A stretch of 35,547 nt of DNA from a virus (taxonomy: Duplodnaviria > Caudoviricetes). The position numbers and the translations under genes were made by a program. The stretch lies in the IMG/VR virus record IMGVR_UViG_3300016722_000135, positions 1 through 35,547 of that record. The stretch is one strand, 5' to 3'. Positions 1-8,948 of the stretch are shown here, piece after piece. Position 1 is the first letter of the stretch; each line of letters begins with the position of its first letter. A model generated the notes under the pieces. That model did no database searches and was not told the origin of the DNA. It saw nothing but the letters and a program-made list of their open reading frames with translations.

Positions 1-1602
1 TTAGTTATCCTCCTCATTCTGTAAATATTCCTGATTCTTTTGGTCTCTTACAAGTTTGGCAATAAAAATATCCAAATCATCAGCCGCTAAAGCACCAAGC
101 GTAATACTGCAGGTGATACCTTTTGAGCTTACGTCATAAGCAACCTTCACAATGGCCAGAGAGTATTCCGTCCCATCATGGCATATTATCCGGCATTTAC
201 CGTAAACGTCTATTTTTTCAGTAACCTCTACATTCTCCAATGTTCCTGTAACAACGGCATCCTTGTATTTCTGTAGCTGATAATCTCCCCATCTCTGAGC
301 ATCATCCGCAGACATGGTAGACGGGATACTCTTAACGGCCTCAAACAGACCATAACTATTGATACTGTCGCTGTCGGAACATTCATAAAGTATTTTGTTA
401 CTGGTAGACGACTGTGTCTTATTAGTCACCGTGGCACCGCTGTCATGACTAGCCACCGTAGTACCGTTATACCCTCTCGTAACATTTAACGTTTTACCTG
501 ATAGGCTTTCAACATATACCTGCTCACTATCAATCGTCAGACTGTCGCCTGCGTTTATCCAATTGTCTTTTAGTACTACAATGGTAGTTGTTGCGTTATC
601 TGTAGATGATTTTAATGTTGTCTGATAGTTATTCTGCAAAAGCGTACCACTTCCATGCGCCGCTGCCGTACTGTCATTATAGGCGCGAGTAACCGTTAAG
701 GTCGTTCCTGATATTGCTGAAACATAAACCTGCTCATTATCCAATGTAAGAGTATCCCCAACAAGAATCCTTACGGCAGACTTAACCTTGATACTTGTAG
801 AAGAACTTTCAGCCGCTTCACTTAAAGCCGTAATATAGGCGCTGGAAGCCTTGACATAAATGTGATTGGCAAGGTTTTTGACATTATCTTCCGGTTCAAA
901 ATTCTGAAAATGATAATCCTGTACGAACGTGTATAACACATCGCTGGATATAGGCCTAAAAAACAGTTCCCTTTGAGCATCAACACCATAATTATAGTTA
1001 GCCGCCATATCGGCCAGGTCGCCTATGGCATCTATAGCGGCCTGGTATTTAAATTGCATCTTGCTGGCCGTATAAGAAGTCGTATATATCTTTGACCCAT
1101 TATAAAGGACTTTAGTCTTTGCCGCTAAGTCCTGCTTCGCTATTGCTTTAACCATAGTGGACAACTCAGTATTTTCGTAAGAACGGTTGATAATTACATC
1201 ATTTAGCTTATCGTAGAAGCCTGAGCCGTCATATTCATAAATGTTTGCGCTGGTACCAGGCTTTGGCCTCTTTGTAATAAAACCGCTGAACCACGGATTA
1301 GCATCTCCCAGAAGGTGAATATCAACCCGCATGTTATAGACTATGAAGTCCTGATAGGAACCGAAAGCAATGGCAAAATCTGCGCACCCTGTCTGTTCAA
1401 GCGTAAACTGTATTTCAAGTACCGGCGTATCCTTCATCTCCGAAGAAAACTCTTTGACTTTTATACCGCTGGCGTTGTAAAACTTTACAGCATACCCGCT
1501 TTTCTGCAGAGGATAACTTATAGTAGACGTTCCGGATGTGACGACGGTTCCTGCAAATATATATCTGCCAAAACGATACCTGCCGAACCTTAAATTAGCC
1601 AT
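1..1602 (-). CDS. Tail tip/baseplate hub (Tal-like) protein with two internal ~70 aa repeats
   Basis: Follows the Dit gene; ATG at 1602 overlaps the Dit stop (TAATG); hub-like sequence with a duplicated beta-rich insertion. Confidence 0.75.
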   Translation of the reverse strand: MANLRFGRYRFGRYIFAGTVVTSGTSTISYPLQKSGYAVKFYNASGIKVKEFSSEMKDTPVLEIQFTLEQTGCADFAIAFGSYQDFIVYNMRVDIHLLGDANPWFSGFITKRPKPGTSANIYEYDGSGFYDKLNDVIINRSYENTELSTMVKAIAKQDLAAKTKVLYNGSKIYTTSYTASKMQFKYQAAIDAIGDLADMAANYNYGVDAQRELFFRPISSDVLYTFVQDYHFQNFEPEDNVKNLANHIYVKASSAYITALSEAAESSSTSIKVKSAVRILVGDTLTLDNEQVYVSAISGTTLTVTRAYNDSTAAAHGSGTLLQNNYQTTLKSSTDNATTTIVVLKDNWINAGDSLTIDSEQVYVESLSGKTLNVTRGYNGTTVASHDSGATVTNKTQSSTSNKILYECSDSDSINSYGLFEAVKSIPSTMSADDAQRWGDYQLQKYKDAVVTGTLENVEVTEKIDVYGKCRIICHDGTEYSLAIVKVAYDVSSKGITCSITLGALAADDLDIFIAKLVRDQKNQEYLQNEEDN

Positions 1603-2345
1603 TACAACCACCTCGACGTAAACTCATAGGCTATAGTAGCTGCCGCCCCGGTATATTTAATTACATTATCTCCTGGAAGCAGGTTGATAAACGTTCCGCC
1701 CATGTCGTTAATGGTGTCAGTAGTATTCCTTTTTACGGTTCCTTCTGCGCTGTCAATGGTAACAACCTTCCCTGACGTGAACCCCGTATCCTGATACCCA
1801 AAGGTACGGTTATCATCAGTCTCGTTTACTAAAGTGACCGCCGGATTGTTAGAATTAGCCGTAATCGTAAACTTAATAGGTGTATCAGCTGTTCCTGGGT
1901 TTTTAACAGTAAATTCTTGCGTACTTTCCGTTACGCTTTCACTTCCCGTTATGGCAGCCGTTGAATATTCAAACGGATCAACGCAGATAAAGTCTAAAGT
2001 GAGCGTCCCTTTAATCCCATGGAACCCATCTTCGAAATCTTCTTGAACTGATTTAAGGCACTCGATATTAATATATCGGTCATCATCCCGGTAGAACTTC
2101 TGCCCTCTGCGACTGGCGTACAGCTTAATTTCGTCAAGCAAATTACGATATTCAGCACGTGTAGTAAAAGCATAAATACCTATCTCAAGCTCAAGCGTCC
2201 TTACTTCCGCCTTGCCGTCACCGGTAAATACACCGCCGTGCTGCAGGGCCTTGTCTTCCGTATCCGTTCTGAAATCAAAGTCAAACCCGGATACCTTGGT
2301 AAGCGTTGGCAACTCGTATACTATGCTGTTCTTTACAAGCTTCAT
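1602..2345 (-). CDS. Distal tail protein (Dit)
   Basis: 247 aa directly after the tape measure gene; C-terminal F-x-L-x-PG-x-N-x-I motif typical of Dit. Confidence 0.85.
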   Translation of the reverse strand: MKLVKNSIVYELPTLTKVSGFDFDFRTDTEDKALQHGGVFTGDGKAEVRTLELEIGIYAFTTRAEYRNLLDEIKLYASRRGQKFYRDDDRYINIECLKSVQEDFEDGFHGIKGTLTLDFICVDPFEYSTAAITGSESVTESTQEFTVKNPGTADTPIKFTITANSNNPAVTLVNETDDNRTFGYQDTGFTSGKVVTIDSAEGTVKRNTTDTINDMGGTFINLLPGDNVIKYTGAAATIAYEFTSRWL

Positions 2346-5300
2346 CTCCTCCTCGCCGCCCTTCTGGTTAATTGTCCAAGGCTCTTAACCGCTTCACTAA
2401 GCGGCATATCCTGCTTAACGTCACCGTAAATAGTGAGTGCCGCCGTAGAATTATGTCCTGCAATAGAAAGAGAGGCATTACCGCTAAGACTTCCTGCCAG
2501 CGTTTTAAAGCGTTTAGATAAACTTGCAAGGCTTGGGCCTGTTACTATGCCGCCTGATGCGAATTTTGGCAAAAGCCCCTTGTTAAGACGATCAAAAAAG
2601 CCTATACCATACTTATTAACAGAGCTGGCTTTCATGACATATTCACCGTTAGATAGCCAGGCAGGAATACTATCGGAAGTCCCGGTTCCCGCTCCTGAAA
2701 TAGCGCCGCCTGTTGCATGTCCTCCGAAAATAATGCTTGCCTCCTGTTGTTCTGCCATAGCCTCCAATGCTGCCGTAGCAGCCACAACCGCAGGCGTAAA
2801 AGCTGTTAAAGCTGCCGTAGCGGCAGCCGTTGTTCCTGTTTCTGTAGGCTTCGTAACGCTGTTTATTATGGCCTGTACGCCCTCATAGACCGAGATTAAG
2901 CCTGTTGCGGTAGCAACGCCACTGCCTAATCCGCCAAACGCTGCCGAAAGTCCTGATGCTACCGTAGCTACTCCGCTTAATGCCTCGGTAGTGGCATCAC
3001 CGCCTCCACCGGCTGATATGGCAGAACCAGCGCTAACATAACTATTACCTGTAGCGTCATTTCCTCCGCCACTGGCTGATATAGTGGGTGAAGAACTGTC
3101 CGTACCTAGATTACTTATAAGGCTGTCATTATTACTGCCTGTATTGTTATTGCCACTATTATTTTTTTTGTTTTTCTTTTTATCGTTGTCTAATCCCAAT
3201 GCAGACAGCAGACCATTAGCAATCTGGCCAGACAATTTGCCACCTAAACTGTCTACTATATTCTTCCAAAGGTCACTGAATAATGTTTTAAACGAATTAC
3301 TGAAGGTCTCGGCCCCTGTCATGATATTTTCAAAGAACGTGCTAAACGACTGCTGCCCGGACATGATCATATCTGCAAACTGGCTGCTTATACTTTCATT
3401 GGCCGTTACCCAGGTATCATAATAATCCTTCATGATGGTTTCATCTTCATTGTAGGCCGCAAGCCTTGCTGCGTTTTCTTCCGACAATAATTTCTGCAGC
3501 CTGGTGAAGCTCCTGCTGTAATACGCGGCTTCAACGTCTGACTCAAGGTCTTTAAGGTGGCTATAGTAGTCAGCCGTATCTTTGGCATATTTCTGCTCAT
3601 AAGCCGCAGCCTGTGCCCCGGCAGCTTTTGACAAACTTATCCTGTTGCCTTCCAACGTTTCATAAGCAATGCCTTCTTTTTGCAGAGCATCGGTAACATA
3701 TTTCTGCTCGGTAGCAGTACCTGTGTTGTACTGGTCCTCAATTTTCCTGAAATAATTCTGCACGGATTCAAGCTTATCATTCAGGTCATACTGCCGCTGT
3801 GCATTCTCCTTAGAAGAACCATCTAGATAAGTAAGCGTAATATCCTTTTGCATATTTGAGTAACCGTCACGAATCTGCTGGTAGGTTTCCAAGGCTTTTT
3901 TAGCCTCATCCGCAGTGATTTTCCTGCGTCTGAAGCTGTAAATCTCATTAATTTTGGTTTTATCAGCTTCGTAGTCCGTGAAATCCTCACCGTTTTCAGC
4001 ATACTGTGCGGCCATATTGTCAAGCTTTCCTATTTCTTCGTTATACCAGATATCAAGCTGCTCAAGGCTTGACTTGGTTACATCGTCCCACTGCTTAGTA
4101 ATCTGCTTGGTAATTTCATCTGATTTTTTCCCAAGCTTATCAAGGGCAGATTCTCCACCACCACCGCCTCCGCCACCGCTGCTTTTAGTGAAGTCCGTAG
4201 CACCTGGCGTAATGGTAATCTTCTTTTTGGGTTTTGTTGTAGCATAGGCGTAATCATCAGCTTCAGGAATATGTTTCTGGCTTGCAATCACACTGCTTAA
4301 AGCACTTTCTGTTTTCCCGACATTACTTGCTAAATCAGATAATAATTTACCTGCGGCCGGAGATACACTGCTAATCAGGCTTAACAAGCTTTGTATCTTA
4401 TCGAGCACCCAGTCTACACCGGCGCCAACAGTAGTTTTTATGTCTTGCCATGTGTCACTTATAATACCTGTAACTTCACCCCATATTGTACTTGTAATAT
4501 TTTCTACAAGACCAAATCCATCTGATATCAAATTAATAATATTATTTAAAGCCCCGCCTGTAAGGTCATTTATAACATCGTAAACATCACTAAAAAGCCC
4601 TGTAATTGTATCCCACAATGAGCTAAATAAATCAGGCAACGTTTCCCATCTGGACCAAATAAAGTAAGCCACTGCACCTATAGCAGCTCCAACAAGTATA
4701 AAGGGAGCATACACTGTTATTAAAGATGCAGCTAAAAGTCCTAATTTAGTTGCCACTAGTGCTATAGCTGGTACCGCTACACCGACTACGGCACCGGCAA
4801 ACGCTGTAATAGTCATTAGTGCCCAATCGGGGAGCATGTCCTTTATTGCCTGCCCAATGCCAAAACTCTCAACGTCTGCCTTGAAATCCTTAAGCTCATT
4901 TCTGGCAACGTTCAGCACACTGGCAAGCCCTCCTGCAACACCGCTATTTGCTATATCATCACCAATAGCTAACAAGGTCTCATCAGCAGTATTCTTAAGA
5001 GCCTGGAATGCCGCAGATGCCTTATTAGCAATGGCATTCTCCATACCGCCGCTAAATTTTGACTGCATTCCCTGTAGAAATGCATTAATGGCAGTAGTAG
5101 AATCAATGGTTCCTTTTTCCACGGCTGTATGCAACTCATCCATGGACATACCGGTAGCATCGGCCAGATACTGGTAAGCCTGCACTCCATCAAGTGACAA
5201 GGCACGCATGGATTTTTTAGTAAGGTTTCCTTCGATGCGTACTTTCTCCAGTACCTTAACAATATCCGCTACCTTATCAGAACCACCGCCCAGATAAGTC

Positions 5301-5701
5301 ACCGCATCACCTACTGTTTGCAGGATAGGCGAAATATCCCCGGCATCAAAGCCTACCGCCAGCATCTGCTTGCCTAAATCTTTAATCTTATCAGCACCAT
5401 AAATGGAGTTTTCTGCCACGTCTGACAAAGCGGATAGTGCGCTCTTGGTATCAGAACTGTCTCCTGCAAGAGCCTTAAAAGCATTGGATAATGATTTCTG
5501 ATTAGATGCCGCGTTTAGGGAAGCAACGCCTAATCCTATGATTCCCGCGGCAGCAACTTCTATAGACGCGAGTGCTTTCTGTGATATTGAAATATCACCA
5601 AAAAAGCTTTTTATCTGCCTTTGTGATGCTTTTAATTCCTTTTGCAGACCGCTGGAATCAGCGCCAATCTTAACCATCAAATCAGCTAATGTCGTTGCCA
5701 T
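2342..5701 (-). CDS. Tail tape measure protein
   Basis: 1119 aa, Ala/Gly-rich helical, N-terminal LMVKIGAD, W-periodic repeats, hydrophobic segment, C-terminal ATGG...SDSIPAWLSNGEYV motif. Confidence 0.95.
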   Translation of the reverse strand: MATTLADLMVKIGADSSGLQKELKASQRQIKSFFGDISISQKALASIEVAAAGIIGLGVASLNAASNQKSLSNAFKALAGDSSDTKSALSALSDVAENSIYGADKIKDLGKQMLAVGFDAGDISPILQTVGDAVTYLGGGSDKVADIVKVLEKVRIEGNLTKKSMRALSLDGVQAYQYLADATGMSMDELHTAVEKGTIDSTTAINAFLQGMQSKFSGGMENAIANKASAAFQALKNTADETLLAIGDDIANSGVAGGLASVLNVARNELKDFKADVESFGIGQAIKDMLPDWALMTITAFAGAVVGVAVPAIALVATKLGLLAASLITVYAPFILVGAAIGAVAYFIWSRWETLPDLFSSLWDTITGLFSDVYDVINDLTGGALNNIINLISDGFGLVENITSTIWGEVTGIISDTWQDIKTTVGAGVDWVLDKIQSLLSLISSVSPAAGKLLSDLASNVGKTESALSSVIASQKHIPEADDYAYATTKPKKKITITPGATDFTKSSGGGGGGGGESALDKLGKKSDEITKQITKQWDDVTKSSLEQLDIWYNEEIGKLDNMAAQYAENGEDFTDYEADKTKINEIYSFRRRKITADEAKKALETYQQIRDGYSNMQKDITLTYLDGSSKENAQRQYDLNDKLESVQNYFRKIEDQYNTGTATEQKYVTDALQKEGIAYETLEGNRISLSKAAGAQAAAYEQKYAKDTADYYSHLKDLESDVEAAYYSRSFTRLQKLLSEENAARLAAYNEDETIMKDYYDTWVTANESISSQFADMIMSGQQSFSTFFENIMTGAETFSNSFKTLFSDLWKNIVDSLGGKLSGQIANGLLSALGLDNDKKKNKKNNSGNNNTGSNNDSLISNLGTDSSSPTISASGGGNDATGNSYVSAGSAISAGGGGDATTEALSGVATVASGLSAAFGGLGSGVATATGLISVYEGVQAIINSVTKPTETGTTAAATAALTAFTPAVVAATAALEAMAEQQEASIIFGGHATGGAISGAGTGTSDSIPAWLSNGEYVMKASSVNKYGIGFFDRLNKGLLPKFASGGIVTGPSLASLSKRFKTLAGSLSGNASLSIAGHNSTAALTIYGDVKQDMPLSEAVKSLGQLTRRAARRR

Positions 5702-6056
5702 GATGTAATACCTCCTTTCTCTTTTTTACTACCTGTTCAAGATATTTCTTATCCTTTCGCATTTTCTTCTTAGTCTCTTCCGTGCGTAACGGTTTCAATA
5801 AATCGTTAGGTGTTACCTTGCTGTTTTTCGCAAGCTGCACGTTCATAAGGTAAGCCGTGAAAAATGCTAGTGTATCTTCAGCATTCTTCTGCCGCCAATA
5901 CCAGCCGTCATACAGCTTATAAAATTCCTGCGGCTGCAAGCGTGCGAATTCATCCGGATTTATGTTAAGCGGTCCGTATGCTATAGGTTCCGCCCATTCT
6001 ATCCATTCTTTGAAGCTTCGGACGGTTTTGCCTTCTCCGTCCTCACTGCGTTTTTT
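5682..6056 (-). CDS. Tail assembly chaperone GT C-terminal part (-1 frame, reached by frameshift)
   Basis: The -1 frame is open from the slippery site (KRSEDGEGKTVRSFKEWIEWAEPIAYGPLNINPDEFARLQPQEF...) into the 5682..5939 ORF. Confidence 0.85.
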   Translation of the reverse strand, partial: KKRSEDGEGKTVRSFKEWIEWAEPIAYGPLNINPDEFARLQPQEFYKLYDGWYWRQKNAEDTLAFFTAYLMNVQLAKNSKVTPNDLLKPLRTEETKKKMRKDKKYLEQVVKKRKEVLHHGNDIS

Positions 6057-6370
6057 ATGGTTTCATCCCGTAAGTCTGCGCCTAATATTCCCGTAGCTAA
6101 AATAGCCTGAGCCAACGGAGCCGCTAACACAGCGAGAGAAGTGTCTCCTTCGTCAAAAAGCCTATTAATATGTTCCGCAACCTTGCTCGGTTTATATGTA
6201 TGCATTAGTCCTATCTGCAAACCTATCATCACAAAAGACAGTGATAAAGGATCTCTTATCAACGTAATAACGCTCTTATCCATAGCCTTTTCCAGCTGCA
6301 TAATCCTTGCGTTGTTAAAATAAATCTCATCGTCATTCCCAAACAAAGTAAAAGGTATTTTGTTAAGCAT
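5999..6370 (-). CDS. Tail assembly chaperone (gpG-like)
   Basis: Between major tail and tape measure genes; AGGAGG RBS; slippery heptamer near the 3' end. Confidence 0.88.
   Translation of the reverse strand: MLNKIPFTLFGNDDEIYFNNARIMQLEKAMDKSVITLIRDPLSLSFVMIGLQIGLMHTYKPSKVAEHINRLFDEGDTSLAVLAAPLAQAILATGILGADLRDETIKNAVRTEKAKPSEASKNG
6020..6056 (-). promoter_or_regulatory. -1 ribosomal frameshift signal: A AAA AAC (6050-6056) plus downstream stem GGACGG/CCGTCC
   Basis: X XXY YYZ heptamer in the correct phase, 7-nt spacer, 6-bp GC stem. Confidence 0.85.
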
Positions 6371-6398
6371 TTTCTGCTCCTCCTATAAATAATATTAA

Positions 6399-6426
6399 AG
6401 GCAGGCAGTTTTTATTCTGCCTGCCT
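6399..6426 (-). terminator. Stem-loop after major tail gene (weak terminator or mRNA stabiliser)
   Basis: AGGCAGGCAG/CTGCCTGCCT 10-bp inverted repeat. Confidence 0.6.
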
Positions 6427-6433
6427 AACTAAC

Positions 6434-7141
6434 TTACGCCGTAATGGTAACCGTAACCGTAATGGTTGCACCTGTTCCCGTGTTTACGGTAAATATGTAC
6501 GTACCCGCAGTCAAAGTGCTTAAATAAGTCGACTTCAAGGTTAAAACGCCGGAAGCATAACTGTAATTCGTGCCACTGGTTAGAGCAGTACTGCCATTTA
6601 AAACACTGGCAATAGTTGTCGTATCCGGAGTAAACGTAAACGTCTTATCTGCTGCCTTAGCCAGGCTCACGGTTGCCGTAGTAGGACTAACTGTAGGAGT
6701 ACGGGCACTTAATGCCCCATCTCCTGAAATAGTTCCGCTTAATGTAGCAACGTCATCTTTTGGTGCCTCAAACTTAAAATCGGTCAAGCTCCCCCAACCT
6801 GTTTGATAGGAACCATCGGAATACTCTGTCTTAATATTTAATTCTTTGCCATTTTGGAATGAATATTCCAAATAACCCAAGGCATCGTTATTCATAAGGA
6901 TCAAGCCTTCAAGGTCTAAACTCCAAGATTTAAGTCCGGGCAATGTTACCTTCCACCCACCGGATGTTTTGTCAGATGCGTCTACAGTATCCGCACTCCT
7001 GCTTAGGGTGCTCTTAGTCTGCCCGCCGACTAATAACCATACAGGTACCGCCGCTGCCCCTATATTTATATAATATAAAATATCTTTCCCTAATGCGGCC
7101 GCATTGCCGTTGGGATTTTCTGGGATGTCACTATAACTCAT
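6434..7141 (-). CDS. Major tail (tube) protein, TP901-1-like, with C-terminal Ig/X2-like domain
   Basis: GGQ...LSRSADTVDASDKTSGGW...PGLKSWS motif; Thr-rich C-terminal domain with NYSYASGVLTLKSTYL; AGGAGG RBS before ATG 7141. Confidence 0.92.
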   Translation of the reverse strand: MSYSDIPENPNGNAAALGKDILYYINIGAAAVPVWLLVGGQTKSTLSRSADTVDASDKTSGGWKVTLPGLKSWSLDLEGLILMNNDALGYLEYSFQNGKELNIKTEYSDGSYQTGWGSLTDFKFEAPKDDVATLSGTISGDGALSARTPTVSPTTATVSLAKAADKTFTFTPDTTTIASVLNGSTALTSGTNYSYASGVLTLKSTYLSTLTAGTYIFTVNTGTGATITVTVTITA

Positions 7142-7143
7142 TT

Positions 7144-7551
7144 TTACCAACCTCCTATTGTTTGAATTTTGGCGTTAAAGGTAATAACGCCGTGATAGCC
7201 ACCACTGTCTTCAGGGAATACTTCCACGAAATCACAACTTTGTCGCAGTGTCTTAAAATTACTGGCCGAAAGGTCAAGGTAACAATTGCTTAAAACCATG
7301 CAGACATCATTGACGATTCCGTTAATCTCAGCCTTACCCTGATACTCTGACCATATGTCAATCTGCAAGGTCACGTCATTAATATCCGTGTCCTTGCTGC
7401 CGTTTTGTTTGGCAGTAAATGAACCAAATGTTATGCACGGAAAAGACGCGTCTTCCGGCACATCATCATAAACAGCCGTTGACTGCTTACTTGAAAGCAG
7501 CTCATATAGGGCTTTTTGCAAGTCATCAAGGGGAATCCTGCGCTTAATCAT
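7144..7551 (-). CDS. Tail terminator/completion protein (DUF3168-like)
   Basis: VYDDVP...FP...LQIDIWS motif and position. Confidence 0.85.
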   Translation of the reverse strand: MIKRRIPLDDLQKALYELLSSKQSTAVYDDVPEDASFPCITFGSFTAKQNGSKDTDINDVTLQIDIWSEYQGKAEINGIVNDVCMVLSNCYLDLSASNFKTLRQSCDFVEVFPEDSGGYHGVITFNAKIQTIGGW

Positions 7552-7984
7552 CCGCTTTCACCGCCTCCTCCACATTTCTTATAAACCTAGGTTTTTCATT
7601 CTCATAGGCAGGCCTTAGAAATGGCTTAGCGGCAAAACCTGGATGAGAAACCCCTTTACGGACAAAATCGCCGTTAATCACCAGAACCTTTTTCCCTTTT
7701 ACGCTGATTTTATGAGGCTTAACGCCTAACTCTATGAGGTGCGCCGTGGGACGGTTGCTGTAAACCAAACCACTGGGGCCGCTTGCCCTAAATTTTGACT
7801 TTATAGATTTACGCAAGTTGCCTTTACGCACCCTTACTCGTTCTATGGCTCCCTGCTTAATATTAAGTGTGGAATCATTTACCGCCTTCTCCACCCTAAG
7901 CCTTGCCCTGCCGCTAAAAGCCCCAATCCTGCCTATAGCATCCTGCACTTTCGGGATTTTCGTGCTCACAACAAAAGCTTTCAT
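7544..7984 (-). CDS. HK97 gp10-like neck protein
   Basis: GNLRKSI, AHLIELG, HPG..AKPFLRPA motifs. Confidence 0.88.
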   Translation of the reverse strand: MKAFVVSTKIPKVQDAIGRIGAFSGRARLRVEKAVNDSTLNIKQGAIERVRVRKGNLRKSIKSKFRASGPSGLVYSNRPTAHLIELGVKPHKISVKGKKVLVINGDFVRKGVSHPGFAAKPFLRPAYENEKPRFIRNVEEAVKADD

Positions 7985-8319
7985 CAGTGAATGACCTCCT
8001 TAAGCGTTAGTACCGTCTTGTAATTGTTGCTTTGGTCTACGTGAATAACGTAATAAGTATGCGTCCCTTCCGTAACACGCCAACCTCTCTCCACGTCAGT
8101 ACGTTTCCTTATTTCAACGCCCTGCGTTATAAGTAGCGATAGACCTCCTTGGGTAACTCCTTCCGCAAACCTTGGTACAAGGAATTTTGCCCAAACAGTT
8201 GCTATAGTTGAAGGTTTTTTAGACCTGCCACCACGTCCGTCAGGTGTTTCCGCGTACTTTATAAGAGTTACATGCCTGTTAAGTTCGCCTGCCGTTATTT
8301 TCTTTTCCATATCAGCCAC
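7984..8319 (-). CDS. Head closure protein (SPP1 gp16-like)
   Basis: AGELNRHVTL...DGRGG...TVWA motif. Confidence 0.85.
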   Translation of the reverse strand: MADMEKKITAGELNRHVTLIKYAETPDGRGGRSKKPSTIATVWAKFLVPRFAEGVTQGGLSLLITQGVEIRKRTDVERGWRVTEGTHTYYVIHVDQSNNYKTVLTLKEVIH

Positions 8320-8611
8320 TGCTTTCTGCTTGCTGCTGAAGCCTTAGCTGCGCCACCATAGAAACCAAGGAAAACGATAAATCACTGTTACTTGTTCCCA
8401 TGACTAAATCGGGCTGGTCAAGCATCCTTACCACGATGGCTATAACGAGCGATTTAAACAAGGCGTTGTCATAATCTACCATGCAGCCTGAATTAACAAG
8501 GAACTGTTCAGCCGCTCCCTGGTAAGCCTTGGCGTTTAACAGCATATCGTCATCATCTATCCTGGCAAGCCGTTTCAGCTCATCAGATTCAAGAGTAATA
8601 TTCGCTGCCAT
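8312..8611 (-). CDS. Head-tail connector (HK97 gp6-like)
   Basis: LKRLARIDDDD, AAEQFL, SMVAQLR motifs; position after capsid. Confidence 0.8.
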   Translation of the reverse strand: MAANITLESDELKRLARIDDDDMLLNAKAYQGAAEQFLVNSGCMVDYDNALFKSLVIAIVVRMLDQPDLVMGTSNSDLSFSLVSMVAQLRLQQQAESSG

Positions 8612-8630
8612 AATCCACCTCTTAAATATT

Positions 8631-8656
8631 AAGGGACGGCATAAAAGCCGTCCCTT
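8631..8656 (-). terminator. Stem-loop after the capsid extension ORF
   Basis: AAGGGACGGC/GCCGTCCCTT perfect 10-bp stem. Confidence 0.65.
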
Positions 8657-8672
8657 TGATTTATATAGTTAT

Positions 8673-8948
8673 TTATGCAGTCACTTTAACGGTGAAGGTA
8701 GCAGTCGTACCGTCACTCATAGTAACCGTGAATGTTTTATCGCCTGCCGTCATTGCCGCAAGATAAGCCGACAATAAAGTCAGTTTCCCATTACTGTAAG
8801 TGTAATTGCTACTGTTGACTTCAGCGTTAGAGTTCTTAAGACTGCTCAAGTTTGCGCCTGTTGCATGCAAGGCAGTAAATACCAGATCAGTTGCAGCGGC
8901 AATACTGACCGTGGCTGTCTCAGGACTTACTGCCGTTATGATTTTTTT
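8673..8948 (-). CDS. Ig/X2-like capsid C-terminal extension (-1 frame of the capsid gene)
   Basis: Open -1 frame IITAVSPETATVSIAAATDLVFTALHATGANL...VKVTA with no RBS or ATG of its own; resembles the major tail C-terminal domain. Confidence 0.85.
   Translation of the reverse strand, partial: KKIITAVSPETATVSIAAATDLVFTALHATGANLSSLKNSNAEVNSSNYTYSNGKLTLLSAYLAAMTAGDKTFTVTMSDGTTATFTVKVTA
8897..8948 (-). promoter_or_regulatory. -1 frameshift signal: A AAA AAA (8942-8948) plus hairpin 8897-8935
   Basis: GTA AAA AAA TCA TAA; 6-nt spacer, then CGGCAGUA/UAUUGCCG stem extended by CUGA/UCAG. Confidence 0.8.

Noticed and set aside
3060-4185. Poly-Gly and Asn/Ser/Lys low-complexity tracts in the tape measure gene
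   Set aside because: In-frame flexible linkers; no sign of phase variation
5682-5939. Standalone 85-aa gene
   Set aside because: No RBS; better explained as the GT frameshift extension
8673-8870. Standalone 65-aa gene
   Set aside because: TTG start without RBS falls mid-domain; similarity to the tail domain extends upstream to the slippery site
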